In this document: positions 27,735 to 36,121 of the stretch, one piece after another
Layout of the letters: every line of letters starts with the position of its first letter
Position numbering within the stretch: the first letter of the stretch is position 1
Source of the DNA: an uncultured Planctomycetia bacterium
Lineage (GTDB): Bacteria; Omnitrophota; Gorgyraeia; JABMRG01
Assembly: GCA_964634945.1 (NCBI GenBank)
Contig: CAZWMG010000008.1
Coordinates: 268 to 64,267 of the forward strand
DNA: 64,000 bases
Direction of reading: 5' to 3'
The notes under the pieces: generated by a model
What the model saw: only the letters and a program-made list of their open reading frames with translations
The model's database searches: none
Told to the model about the DNA's origin: nothing
Made by a program: the position numbers and the translations under genes

Positions 27735-29480
27735 ATGGCGATAAAAGTCGGAGAGATGCTTGTTAGTAAAAAACTTATCACGGCTGAACAACTACAACTA
27801 GTTTTACAGGAGCAGCACAAAACAGGCGAATTGTTAGGCCAGACTTTAAACAGAATGGGCTACATGGCTGAGGATCAATTTTTATTGGTGCTCTCCGAGC
27901 AACTCAATATTCCGTTTATTAAATTGCAGGATGTTGATATTGACACTGAAGCTATAAAGAAGTTGCCGCCTAAGTTCGCGTGGCATTACAAGATAATGCC
28001 TATTAGTTTGTCCGATGGAAAACTTACTGTAGCTACTTTTGATCCCTTAAGCTCCTTAAATGATGTAGAAAAGTTTTTAGGATGCGAGGCTGTCCCTGTC
28101 TTGGCAACGGAGAGCGATTTGATAAAGGCGATAGAAAAATATTATGGAGTTGGCGCGGAGACCATAGAAAAGATTATCGCCGCGGCGCCAAGAGAGAGTG
28201 TAGCTGTAGATACGGATAAAGAAGTAACAGATATAGAGAAGATGGCAGGAGACGCGTCAGTAGTTAAATTAGTAAATCAGGTAATAGTTGAGGCTTACCA
28301 GAAGAGAGCTACTGATATCCATTTAGACCTTTTTAGAAACAAGCTGAGCCTGCGATATCGTATTGATGGGATACTTTATCCGGCTAATACATCAGAAGAT
28401 ATGGTGCGATTTTTTCCGGCGATTATATCTCGTATTAAGATAATGTCTAACCTGAACATCGTAGAGCGTCGTCTCCCCCAGGACGGCCGCGCTGTAGTAA
28501 AGATAGGAGATATGGAACTTGACTTAAGAATATCGATTATACCTACACGCTATGGCGAGGGGCTGGTAATAAGGATACTGCCTACAAAGATGCTTTTTAG
28601 CTTAAAGGGCCTTGGGCTGCAAGATGCAGAATTAAAGGTGCTGGAATCGCTTATATACAAACCGCACGGTATAATTTTTGCTACAGGGCCCACAGGAAGT
28701 GGAAAGACTACTACATTATACGCATGTCTTAATAAGATAAAAAGCACAGAGAACAAGATAATTACATTAGAGGATCCTATAGAATATGAACTTGAAGGGA
28801 TAACGCAGATTCAGGCTATGCCTGAGATTGGGCTTACTTTCGCTGCCGGTTTAAGAAGCGTATTAAGGCATGACCCTGATGTCATGATGGTTGGAGAGGT
28901 AAGAGACTTTGAAACAGCGGAATTAGCTATCAGGATTGCCTTGACGGGTCACTTGATCTTTTCTACGGTACATACTAATGACGCCGCGGGCGGCGTAACA
29001 AGATTGCTTGATATGGGGGTTGAGCCGTTTTTGATAACATCCTCTGTGAGAGGTTTTATCGCGCAAAGGCTCTTAAGAGTCATCTGTCCTGATTGCAAGG
29101 AAGAGGACACATCAATAGGAGACGAGATCAGAAAACAGATAGTCCGGGAGATAGCGGAGTTTCGCCCGTTTTATCGTAAAAATCCTAAGCTATATAAAAA
29201 GTTTGTTGACCTCAAGGAATCTGATATCCATTTTTACAGGGGTAAAGGCTGCGAGGCATGCAACTTTAATGGTTTTAGAGACAGGACAGCCATATATGAG
29301 ATATTGGTAGTTAACAAGGCTATAAAAGAATTGATATTGAAAAAAGTATCTACGGATATCATACGAGATGAAGCGGTAAAGCAAGGTATGAAGACTCTTC
29401 GATTGGCTGGATGGGAAAGAGTTATTGAGGGCACTACAACGCCTGACGAGGTAATAAGAATTACACAGATTGAGGAATAA
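27735..29480 (+). CDS. gspE: Type II secretion/type IV pilus assembly ATPase GspE/PilB with MshEN domain
   Basis: KVGEMLVSKKLIT..QL..LGQ.L N-terminus; ERRLPQDGR, GPTGSGKTTT, LRHDPDVMMVGEVRD, CPDC..CEAC. Confidence 0.92.
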   Translation: MAIKVGEMLVSKKLITAEQLQLVLQEQHKTGELLGQTLNRMGYMAEDQFLLVLSEQLNIPFIKLQDVDIDTEAIKKLPPKFAWHYKIMPISLSDGKLTVATFDPLSSLNDVEKFLGCEAVPVLATESDLIKAIEKYYGVGAETIEKIIAAAPRESVAVDTDKEVTDIEKMAGDASVVKLVNQVIVEAYQKRATDIHLDLFRNKLSLRYRIDGILYPANTSEDMVRFFPAIISRIKIMSNLNIVERRLPQDGRAVVKIGDMELDLRISIIPTRYGEGLVIRILPTKMLFSLKGLGLQDAELKVLESLIYKPHGIIFATGPTGSGKTTTLYACLNKIKSTENKIITLEDPIEYELEGITQIQAMPEIGLTFAAGLRSVLRHDPDVMMVGEVRDFETAELAIRIALTGHLIFSTVHTNDAAGGVTRLLDMGVEPFLITSSVRGFIAQRLLRVICPDCKEEDTSIGDEIRKQIVREIAEFRPFYRKNPKLYKKFVDLKESDIHFYRGKGCEACNFNGFRDRTAIYEILVVNKAIKELILKKVSTDIIRDEAVKQGMKTLRLAGWERVIEGTTTPDEVIRITQIEE

Positions 29481-29490
29481 GAAAAAAGTC

Positions 29491-29736
29491 ATGTTCCCTA
29501 TATCTATTCTTGATACAAAGACCACGGCCACTATCTTAAAAGGCATGGCTTCGTGCGTTATATTGCCCGGTGAAGAAGGCGAGCTCTCTATAATGGATTT
29601 CCACCAGCCGATAATAGCTTGCCTGAAAGAGGGGACAATCCAAATAGATAATTCCGATTCTATCCGCATTAAAAAAGGGATTGCGCGAATGGAAGGTAAC
29701 GAGCTTTCAGTTCTAGTGGAAAAGTCAGAAAAATAA
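29491..29736 (+). CDS. atpC: F1 ATPase epsilon subunit, N-terminal beta domain only
   Basis: VILPGEEGELSIMDFHQPII..LKEG.I matches the epsilon beta-sandwich; the C-terminal helices are absent. Confidence 0.8.
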   Translation: MFPISILDTKTTATILKGMASCVILPGEEGELSIMDFHQPIIACLKEGTIQIDNSDSIRIKKGIARMEGNELSVLVEKSEK

Positions 29737-29771
29737 TTTGTATTATATAAAATACTTTAGCGCGATAAAAA

Positions 29772-31016
29772 ATGACAAAATTTAATTACGAAGCAAAAAA
29801 AGGCCCAAAAGAGATTGTTAACGGAACAATTGAGGCAGATACCCAGGAAGCCGCGGTAGACAAGCTGAATCAGATGGGGTATATGCCTATTAGTGTTGTT
29901 CCTGCCGGCAAGGAGACGCCTGAAAAGAATGCTGATGCAAAGGATAAGGATAAAAAGGCCATTCAGCCATTATTGCCGGGCAAGGTCCGCTCTAAGGACC
30001 TTACTATATTTATAGAACAACTTGCCAGCTTGATTAAATCCAAAGTGCCTATATTGGAGGCGATAGAGGTCCTTCATGAGCAGATAGAGAGCCCGGCTTT
30101 ACGAAAAATAATATTGCATATCCAAGCTGAGGTGAGAGAAGGGAAAACATTATCCCATGCTCTCAGTAGATATCCGAAAGTTTTTCCTTTGTTGTATGTC
30201 AACATGATTGAGTCCGGAGAAGCGGGAGGCGTGCTTGAAAAGACTCTTATGCGGCTGGCTGAGTTTAGAAACAAGGAAGAGGAGACAAGGGCCAAAATAG
30301 TTTCAGCTTTGGCTTATCCGATCTTTATCATAATAGTCGGAATAGTTACTATATTTGCCTTATTTATTTTTGTTATCCCACGGATGACCTCTCTCTTTGG
30401 TGAAATGGGGCAAACCATGCCTTTACCAACCAGGATGCTACTGGCAATGAGTAATCTGGTTAGGAGTTATTGGTATTGGATACTCGCGGCAGTTGCGGGC
30501 ATGATGTTTATGGTCAAGCGAAGTGGAAAAAATAAGAATGAAAAGATTGTTCTGGATAGACTAAAGATTCAATTACCACTTATTGGAAATTTTATAAGGA
30601 AGACGTTAATAGCGGAGTTTTCTCGCACATTTGCCCTCCTTCTTGCTAATGGTATACCTATATTGCAGGCGATAAAGATAACTATACCAACTTTGAGCAA
30701 CGAAGTCTTTAAGAATGAGTTGAAAACAGTGCATAAGAATATAATTGATGGAATGAGTCTGGAGCAGAGCATGAAAAAGTCACAATGGTTTCCGCGTTTT
30801 ATGACTAATATGCTTGCCGTAGGTGAGAGAGGAGGCAATCTGGAAGAGGCGTTATTGGATGTAGCTAAATTTTATGAGAGGGAAGTTGATAAGACAACTA
30901 AGATTATAACCTCCCTGCTCGAGCCGGCGATAATCTTAGTGACAGGGCTTATAGTCGGATTTATTGTATTTGCCATGCTCTTACCGATATTCCAGCTGAA
31001 TTTTGGAGTGAACTAA
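29772..31016 (+). CDS. gspF: T2SS platform protein GspF/PilC
   Basis: GEAGGVLE..L.RLA, ALAYP, VGERGGNLE, LLEP, AMLLPIF. Confidence 0.92.
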   Translation: MTKFNYEAKKGPKEIVNGTIEADTQEAAVDKLNQMGYMPISVVPAGKETPEKNADAKDKDKKAIQPLLPGKVRSKDLTIFIEQLASLIKSKVPILEAIEVLHEQIESPALRKIILHIQAEVREGKTLSHALSRYPKVFPLLYVNMIESGEAGGVLEKTLMRLAEFRNKEEETRAKIVSALAYPIFIIIVGIVTIFALFIFVIPRMTSLFGEMGQTMPLPTRMLLAMSNLVRSYWYWILAAVAGMMFMVKRSGKNKNEKIVLDRLKIQLPLIGNFIRKTLIAEFSRTFALLLANGIPILQAIKITIPTLSNEVFKNELKTVHKNIIDGMSLEQSMKKSQWFPRFMTNMLAVGERGGNLEEALLDVAKFYEREVDKTTKIITSLLEPAIILVTGLIVGFIVFAMLLPIFQLNFGVN

Positions 31017-31038
31017 GAAAATAGAAAAGGAGAATAAT

Positions 31039-31449
31039 ATGATGCTATTAAACCATCGCAAAAAGAAGGCCTTTACCTTAGTCGAGCTTTTATTGGTTGT
31101 AGTTATACTTGGCGCGTTAGCAGCCATGATAGTGCCAAGACTCGTTGGCCGCACGGAGCAGGCAAAGGTTTCTATTGCCAAAGCGGATATTACCTCTAAT
31201 ATACCATTAGCATTAGATCTCTACGAATTGGATAATGGTAAATACCCAACTACTATTCAGGCGCTTATCTCTAACCCGGGCGGGTTAAAGAGCTGGAACG
31301 GCCCTTACGCTAAAAATGATCCTATAGACCCTTGGGGCAATGAGTATAAATATAGATATCCATCTTCCCATGGTAAGGACTATGATTTGTATTCGTTAGG
31401 CCCGGATGGAGTAGAAGGCACAGATGATATTACAAATTGGAAGAAGTAA
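31039..31449 (+). CDS. gspG: Major pseudopilin GspG
   Basis: KAFTLVELLLVVVILG, ALDLYELDNG.YP, WNGPY..DPWG..Y.Y, YSLGPDG. Confidence 0.92.
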   Translation: MMLLNHRKKKAFTLVELLLVVVILGALAAMIVPRLVGRTEQAKVSIAKADITSNIPLALDLYELDNGKYPTTIQALISNPGGLKSWNGPYAKNDPIDPWGNEYKYRYPSSHGKDYDLYSLGPDGVEGTDDITNWKK

Positions 31450-31456
31450 TATTGTT

Positions 31457-31984
31457 GTGTGCATAACAGCAAGAGTTTTTTCACGCAATACGCAATACCT
31501 GCCTCGCCAATGTACTTTGCGCAAAGTCGCCGGCAAGGCGGGCCTGCCTTACCGACAGGCGGGCGCAATACGCAATACGAGAAAGGCTTTCACATTAATT
31601 GAAGTAATGCTGAGCGTAGCCATTTTATCAGTCGCCCTCGTTATGATACTGCAGGCGTTTGCGCATTCTCTAAATATATTACGTATAACGGAAGATAACC
31701 TAACCGGGACCTTGCTAGCCGGTAATAAGATGGCAGAAGCGCAGATACTGGCTAAAGGAGACTGGAGTGGTTTTGAAAATGGGGTGGATGAGAAATTTAA
31801 ACTTGATGATATCAAGTGTGATTGGGAGATTGACGTAACCCCTGTCGAGTTTGATACAGAGGAAGCCTCTGAGGGAGGCGAAACCTTGAATGAGGTCAAT
31901 GCTTTATTGTCATGGGAAGAGGGAAAGAGAAAAGGCGCTATCCCCCTCGCTACATATATGAGGAGCTTTAGCAGAGATAGATGA
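31457..31984 (+). CDS. Minor pseudopilin (GspI/PilV-like); start uncertain, leader runs through repeats
   Basis: KAFTLIEVMLSVAIL prepilin motif. Confidence 0.75.
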   Translation: MCITARVFSRNTQYLPRQCTLRKVAGKAGLPYRQAGAIRNTRKAFTLIEVMLSVAILSVALVMILQAFAHSLNILRITEDNLTGTLLAGNKMAEAQILAKGDWSGFENGVDEKFKLDDIKCDWEIDVTPVEFDTEEASEGGETLNEVNALLSWEEGKRKGAIPLATYMRSFSRDR

Positions 31985-32703
31985 ATAACCCTGTTGAAGT
32001 TTCCATGCCATACTTTGCGCGAAAGAAGAATTACGCGTTTACATTAATAGAGATCCTTGTAAGCGTAACCATAGTTTCTTTGGTAGGTGTAGCGCTATAT
32101 TCTATATTCGCAAATGGGATAAACGCCTGGCGCAAGGGCAGCGAAAATAAAGACTATGCGCGAAAGATAAGACTTGTCTCCGAAAAGATGACCGGTGAGA
32201 TAAGAAATGTCTTTGAATTCTCTATGATCGCTTTTGAGGGTGAAGAAGATTTTTTTATGTTTCCGGCCCTGATACCGACAACAGAGGATCAAGACGGGGA
32301 TATGATTACAGAATATTCTCAGGTAGGAAGAATAGCGTATTTTTATGACAATAAAAAAGACGCGTTTTGCAAAGAAGTTAGGACCTTGCCTGAGGCCCTT
32401 AATGAAGAGGAGATAGGTGACGGCGAGGTGCTGATAGAAGGCGTTAGCGGATTAGAAATAAATTATTGCTATCTTGATAACTTATCAGGTGAATATAAGT
32501 GGAAAGAAGACTGGAACAAGGAAGAACAGGATAGCATGCCACAGGCGTTAAGTGTCAAAATCTCTTTTAAGAAAGACGTAATGAAGAATGATGAGTTTAA
32601 TAAAACAGTATTTATTCCAATGGGGACGGGCGAGCAAAAAATGGACGCAGGTAGCGTTACACAGCAAATAGAAGAAGATGGGGTAGATGATGATGGATAC
32701 TAG
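31981..32703 (+). CDS. Minor pseudopilin (GspJ-like)
   Basis: YAFTLIEILVSVTI motif; C-terminal W..DW....MPQALSVKI. Confidence 0.78.
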   Translation: MNNPVEVSMPYFARKKNYAFTLIEILVSVTIVSLVGVALYSIFANGINAWRKGSENKDYARKIRLVSEKMTGEIRNVFEFSMIAFEGEEDFFMFPALIPTTEDQDGDMITEYSQVGRIAYFYDNKKDAFCKEVRTLPEALNEEEIGDGEVLIEGVSGLEINYCYLDNLSGEYKWKEDWNKEEQDSMPQALSVKISFKKDVMKNDEFNKTVFIPMGTGEQKMDAGSVTQQIEEDGVDDDGY

Positions 32704-32829
32704 ATACTGGATGCTGGATGCAAGAAGAAAGGTTACAAGTAATTCGTATTGCGTGATACGTGATGTGTATTGCAAAAAATCTTAACGTTATATGCACGAC
32801 GAACGACGAAACAAAGGCACAAGGTCAAT

Positions 32830-33855
32830 ATGATAATTAGGAGTAAGACAGCGAGTATATTGATCCTTACTCTTTGGATGGTGAGTTTTCTAACTATCTT
32901 TGTTGTCGGGCTCGGATATAAGGTGTCAGGCCAATTGCGCTTAGCCTCACATATGCAGGATAGGCTAAAGATGTACTATCTAGCTAAGGCAGGCATAGAG
33001 AGGGCAACTATCCGATTTGTTATGGATGAGACGCCTAAATGTACGAGTTTGGATGAAGAGTGGTCAAATAGTGAAGATTTTTTTAAAGAGGCACCTCTCG
33101 GTGACGGATATGTAACGGTTAGCTACCAGTTAGAAAATGAAATTGATGGCAAGGAGTCAACAGAAGACGTAGTTATGTATGGGTTAGTCGATGAGAATAG
33201 CAGGATAAATATAAACACGACCCCGCTTCAGATACTTAAAAACATGATCGAGAGTACAGATGAAGCCGAGACGGAAGAGGTCTCTGATATTGCTAACGCC
33301 ATTCTTGATTGGAGGGATAGAGATGTTATTCTCTCTCCCGGTGGCGCAGAGAATGAATATTACGAGGGGCTCGAACTGCCCTATTCATGCAAGAACGACG
33401 ATTTTCAGGTTGCCGAAGAGTTATTGCTGGTAAAAGGTGTGACTCCGGATATCTTTTTAAAGCTTTCTGATATAATCACGGTTTATGGCGAAGGCAAGGT
33501 CAATATTAACACAGCAGATTGGCGTACGTTTTACGCGATGGGACTAAGCAGTGATCTTGCAGAGAGAATAGTTCAATTTCGCAGAGGTGAAGATGATATA
33601 GATGGGACAGAAGATGACAATGTTTTTAATACCGTTGCGGAAATAAGAAACATTGGGTCATTGTTTACTGAGGAAGCGGAAGAGATAAACAGCCTTGTTT
33701 CTAGCAATGCGCTTACAGTACAATCAAATATTTTTAGGATTAACTCAGAAGGTATTATTCAAAAAGGTGATTATAGCATAAAGCGAAGTGTAGTTAGCGT
33801 GGTAGAAATAGTCCCTAATGAGAGCCCCAAGACGCTTTATTGGCATGAGTACTAA
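32830..33855 (+). CDS. gspK: Minor pseudopilin GspK
   Basis: ILILTLWMV, YLAKAGIE, DENSRININT, AILDWRD, ELLLVKGVT, GKVNINTA. Confidence 0.88.
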   Translation: MIIRSKTASILILTLWMVSFLTIFVVGLGYKVSGQLRLASHMQDRLKMYYLAKAGIERATIRFVMDETPKCTSLDEEWSNSEDFFKEAPLGDGYVTVSYQLENEIDGKESTEDVVMYGLVDENSRININTTPLQILKNMIESTDEAETEEVSDIANAILDWRDRDVILSPGGAENEYYEGLELPYSCKNDDFQVAEELLLVKGVTPDIFLKLSDIITVYGEGKVNINTADWRTFYAMGLSSDLAERIVQFRRGEDDIDGTEDDNVFNTVAEIRNIGSLFTEEAEEINSLVSSNALTVQSNIFRINSEGIIQKGDYSIKRSVVSVVEIVPNESPKTLYWHEY

Positions 33856-34031
33856 TAAAGGTACAAGGATAAAGTGCTAGATACTGGATACTAGATGCAA
33901 GATGCTGGATTGTTCATCGAGATTCAAGCCGCTCCTTATGATGACAAACGTGGAACGACAGACAAGTGTTATGCTGAGAGTGATAAGTAAGTTTTGTTTT
34001 AACATGTGTTACCAATAAAAAACAGGATAAG

Positions 34032-35549
34032 ATGAAGTTATCATTTGTAAGAAAAAACCCGATTATGACTGTCTTGGAAATAGATGGCGATTGGCTTAAA
34101 ATAGTGCAGGTTAAGCCGTCAAGAAAAGAGAGTAAGATAGTTAGGATTGTAGTTGAGAAGATGCTACCTGACTCAGACGATAAGGCCCCTGATCGTATCA
34201 CAGCGCTACTTAAAGAGCTAAAAATAAATCCAAATCTTTTAACAGTATCAATACCGCATCAGCTTGTAGTTATTAAAAATCTCGAATTACCTTCCGTGAA
34301 TCCTGTGGAGGTAAAAGATATGGTCGAACTGCAGATAGGCAAGCAGACGCCTTTTACAAAGGACGAGATAATCTATGATTATGAGATAGTCAGTACTAAC
34401 GCGGAAGGTTACAGCAGGATCATATTGGTTATTGTCCATCAGGATGTTGTTCGGTCGAGCTTAAAAACATTAGAAAAGGCAGGGCTTAAGACGGAGAAGG
34501 TCTCTTTAAGCTCCGAAGGATTGTTTGCCTGGTACAAAGTCGCCTCCAAGGAAGAGGTTACTGACCAGCCATATGCTCTTATAGACGTAGATTATGACAA
34601 GAGTGATTTTATAGTTGTCTTAAAAGGGAAAGTTATATATTACAGAAATATATCCATAGGTTTTTTGCAGTCAATAGAAGCGCTTGAGAAATGGCACGCG
34701 AAGTTTATCGAGGAGATAAATCATTCTATATATGCTTATCATAGTGAGATGATAAACGAGGAGATCGCAAAGATCGTTATAACCGGGGCTAAAATGCTTA
34801 GCGGCAGCCTGAACAAGGATGTTCTAAAAGCTGTAGTTGGCCTGCCCGTCGATATTATACCTCAGATAGAGAACGCCCCATTAACAGATAAATGCCTTAA
34901 GGAATATGGCGAGATAACAAAAGATGTCTCTCTTTCCTGTCTTTTTGGCTTAGGGCTTAATCCTGACGGGGCAAGGATTAATCTTATACCGCAGCAACTG
35001 CAGATAGAGAAAGGGGTAAGGGAGAAGGGCAGAGACTTATACCTTTTTGGTATCTATTTAGCGTTTATTCTGGCAACAGCTTCAAGTATTTTTTTAGGTA
35101 GGCTCTATACAAAAGAGCAGTATCTAGGGGAATTAAAGCAGCAGGTTTCCAAAGTTCAGCACAAGATCAGCAGAATAAATGATATGATAGATGAGACAGA
35201 GGGCATAAAGATGCGCAGTAGCACCAGAAACCTTATGCTTAATTTTATCTTTGAAAAACACAGGGTTATTCCCCCGGACATATATTTAACATCAATTCGC
35301 TTTAATGGGAAGGACCGCCTGACTATTCGCGGGGCATCACCGGTTATGTCAGAGATATTTACTTTTGTTAACGTATTGGAGGAGTCAAAATATTTCCAGG
35401 ATGTTAAGACAAAGTTTGTTACGACCCGTAGCGTAAAGGGCAAAGATCTGACGGAATTTGAGATAATCTGCCCTTTAGATAATAGTCTTGAGGAAGCGTT
35501 AATCCTGTTGGATAACAGCCAATCAGGCGAACAAGAAGAAGATCGATGA
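34032..35549 (+). CDS. PilM/GspL-like protein fused to PilN-like domain
   Basis: Actin-like VLEID..LKIV, ALIDVD..SDF, IVITG; INLIP motif, TM helix, then LTIRG..FVNVLE.S.YF. Confidence 0.78.
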   Translation: MKLSFVRKNPIMTVLEIDGDWLKIVQVKPSRKESKIVRIVVEKMLPDSDDKAPDRITALLKELKINPNLLTVSIPHQLVVIKNLELPSVNPVEVKDMVELQIGKQTPFTKDEIIYDYEIVSTNAEGYSRIILVIVHQDVVRSSLKTLEKAGLKTEKVSLSSEGLFAWYKVASKEEVTDQPYALIDVDYDKSDFIVVLKGKVIYYRNISIGFLQSIEALEKWHAKFIEEINHSIYAYHSEMINEEIAKIVITGAKMLSGSLNKDVLKAVVGLPVDIIPQIENAPLTDKCLKEYGEITKDVSLSCLFGLGLNPDGARINLIPQQLQIEKGVREKGRDLYLFGIYLAFILATASSIFLGRLYTKEQYLGELKQQVSKVQHKISRINDMIDETEGIKMRSSTRNLMLNFIFEKHRVIPPDIYLTSIRFNGKDRLTIRGASPVMSEIFTFVNVLEESKYFQDVKTKFVTTRSVKGKDLTEFEIICPLDNSLEEALILLDNSQSGEQEEDR

Positions 35550-36106
35550 AAAATATTTTTTCAAAATTATCGAAGAGAGAGAAGTACGTATTATATATCT
35601 CAGCCGTTGTTATAGTGGCTGTATTTTTTGATAAGATAGTTATCAAGCCGCTTATGCAGAGAATAGAAACACTTAATAAAGAGATATTTATCCATGAAAA
35701 GCGGTTGCAAAAATCCCTATATCTATTATCGGAAGAAAAGCTTATTATAAAAGAACATAATAAATATACGAAAAATCTGAAACAGGTTTCTTCTGACGGT
35801 GAAGAGAAATCGAGACTCCTTGCGGAGATAGAAAAGACAGCAAGAAAATCTTCGGTTGCCTTAAAGGATGTAAAACTTGGAACTACGGAAAAGGCAGGCC
35901 CGTACACAAAATATACGGTTGAGGTAGTGGGCGAGTCCAAGATAGCGTATCTTATGGACTTTATTTACCAGCTGGAAATGTCACCAAGGATCCTGAAAGT
36001 GCGAAACTTTTATCTGGCCCCAATAAAAGAACATTCTGAGACCTTGAGGGCACAAATGACAATTACAGAGACTCTTATCTCCTCTAAAGAAGCCGCGACT
36101 GATTGA
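35546..36106 (+). CDS. PilO/GspM-like protein
   Basis: LSKREK + TM helix + coiled coil + LMDFIYQLE; gene order. Confidence 0.72.
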   Translation: MKNIFSKLSKREKYVLYISAVVIVAVFFDKIVIKPLMQRIETLNKEIFIHEKRLQKSLYLLSEEKLIIKEHNKYTKNLKQVSSDGEEKSRLLAEIEKTARKSSVALKDVKLGTTEKAGPYTKYTVEVVGESKIAYLMDFIYQLEMSPRILKVRNFYLAPIKEHSETLRAQMTITETLISSKEAATD

Positions 36107-36121
36107 TCGGACAGATTACCA

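Noticed and set aside
31039-32703. Ala instead of Gly at -1 of the prepilin cleavage sites
   Set aside because: A|F sites are a known tolerated variant and not notable by themselves.
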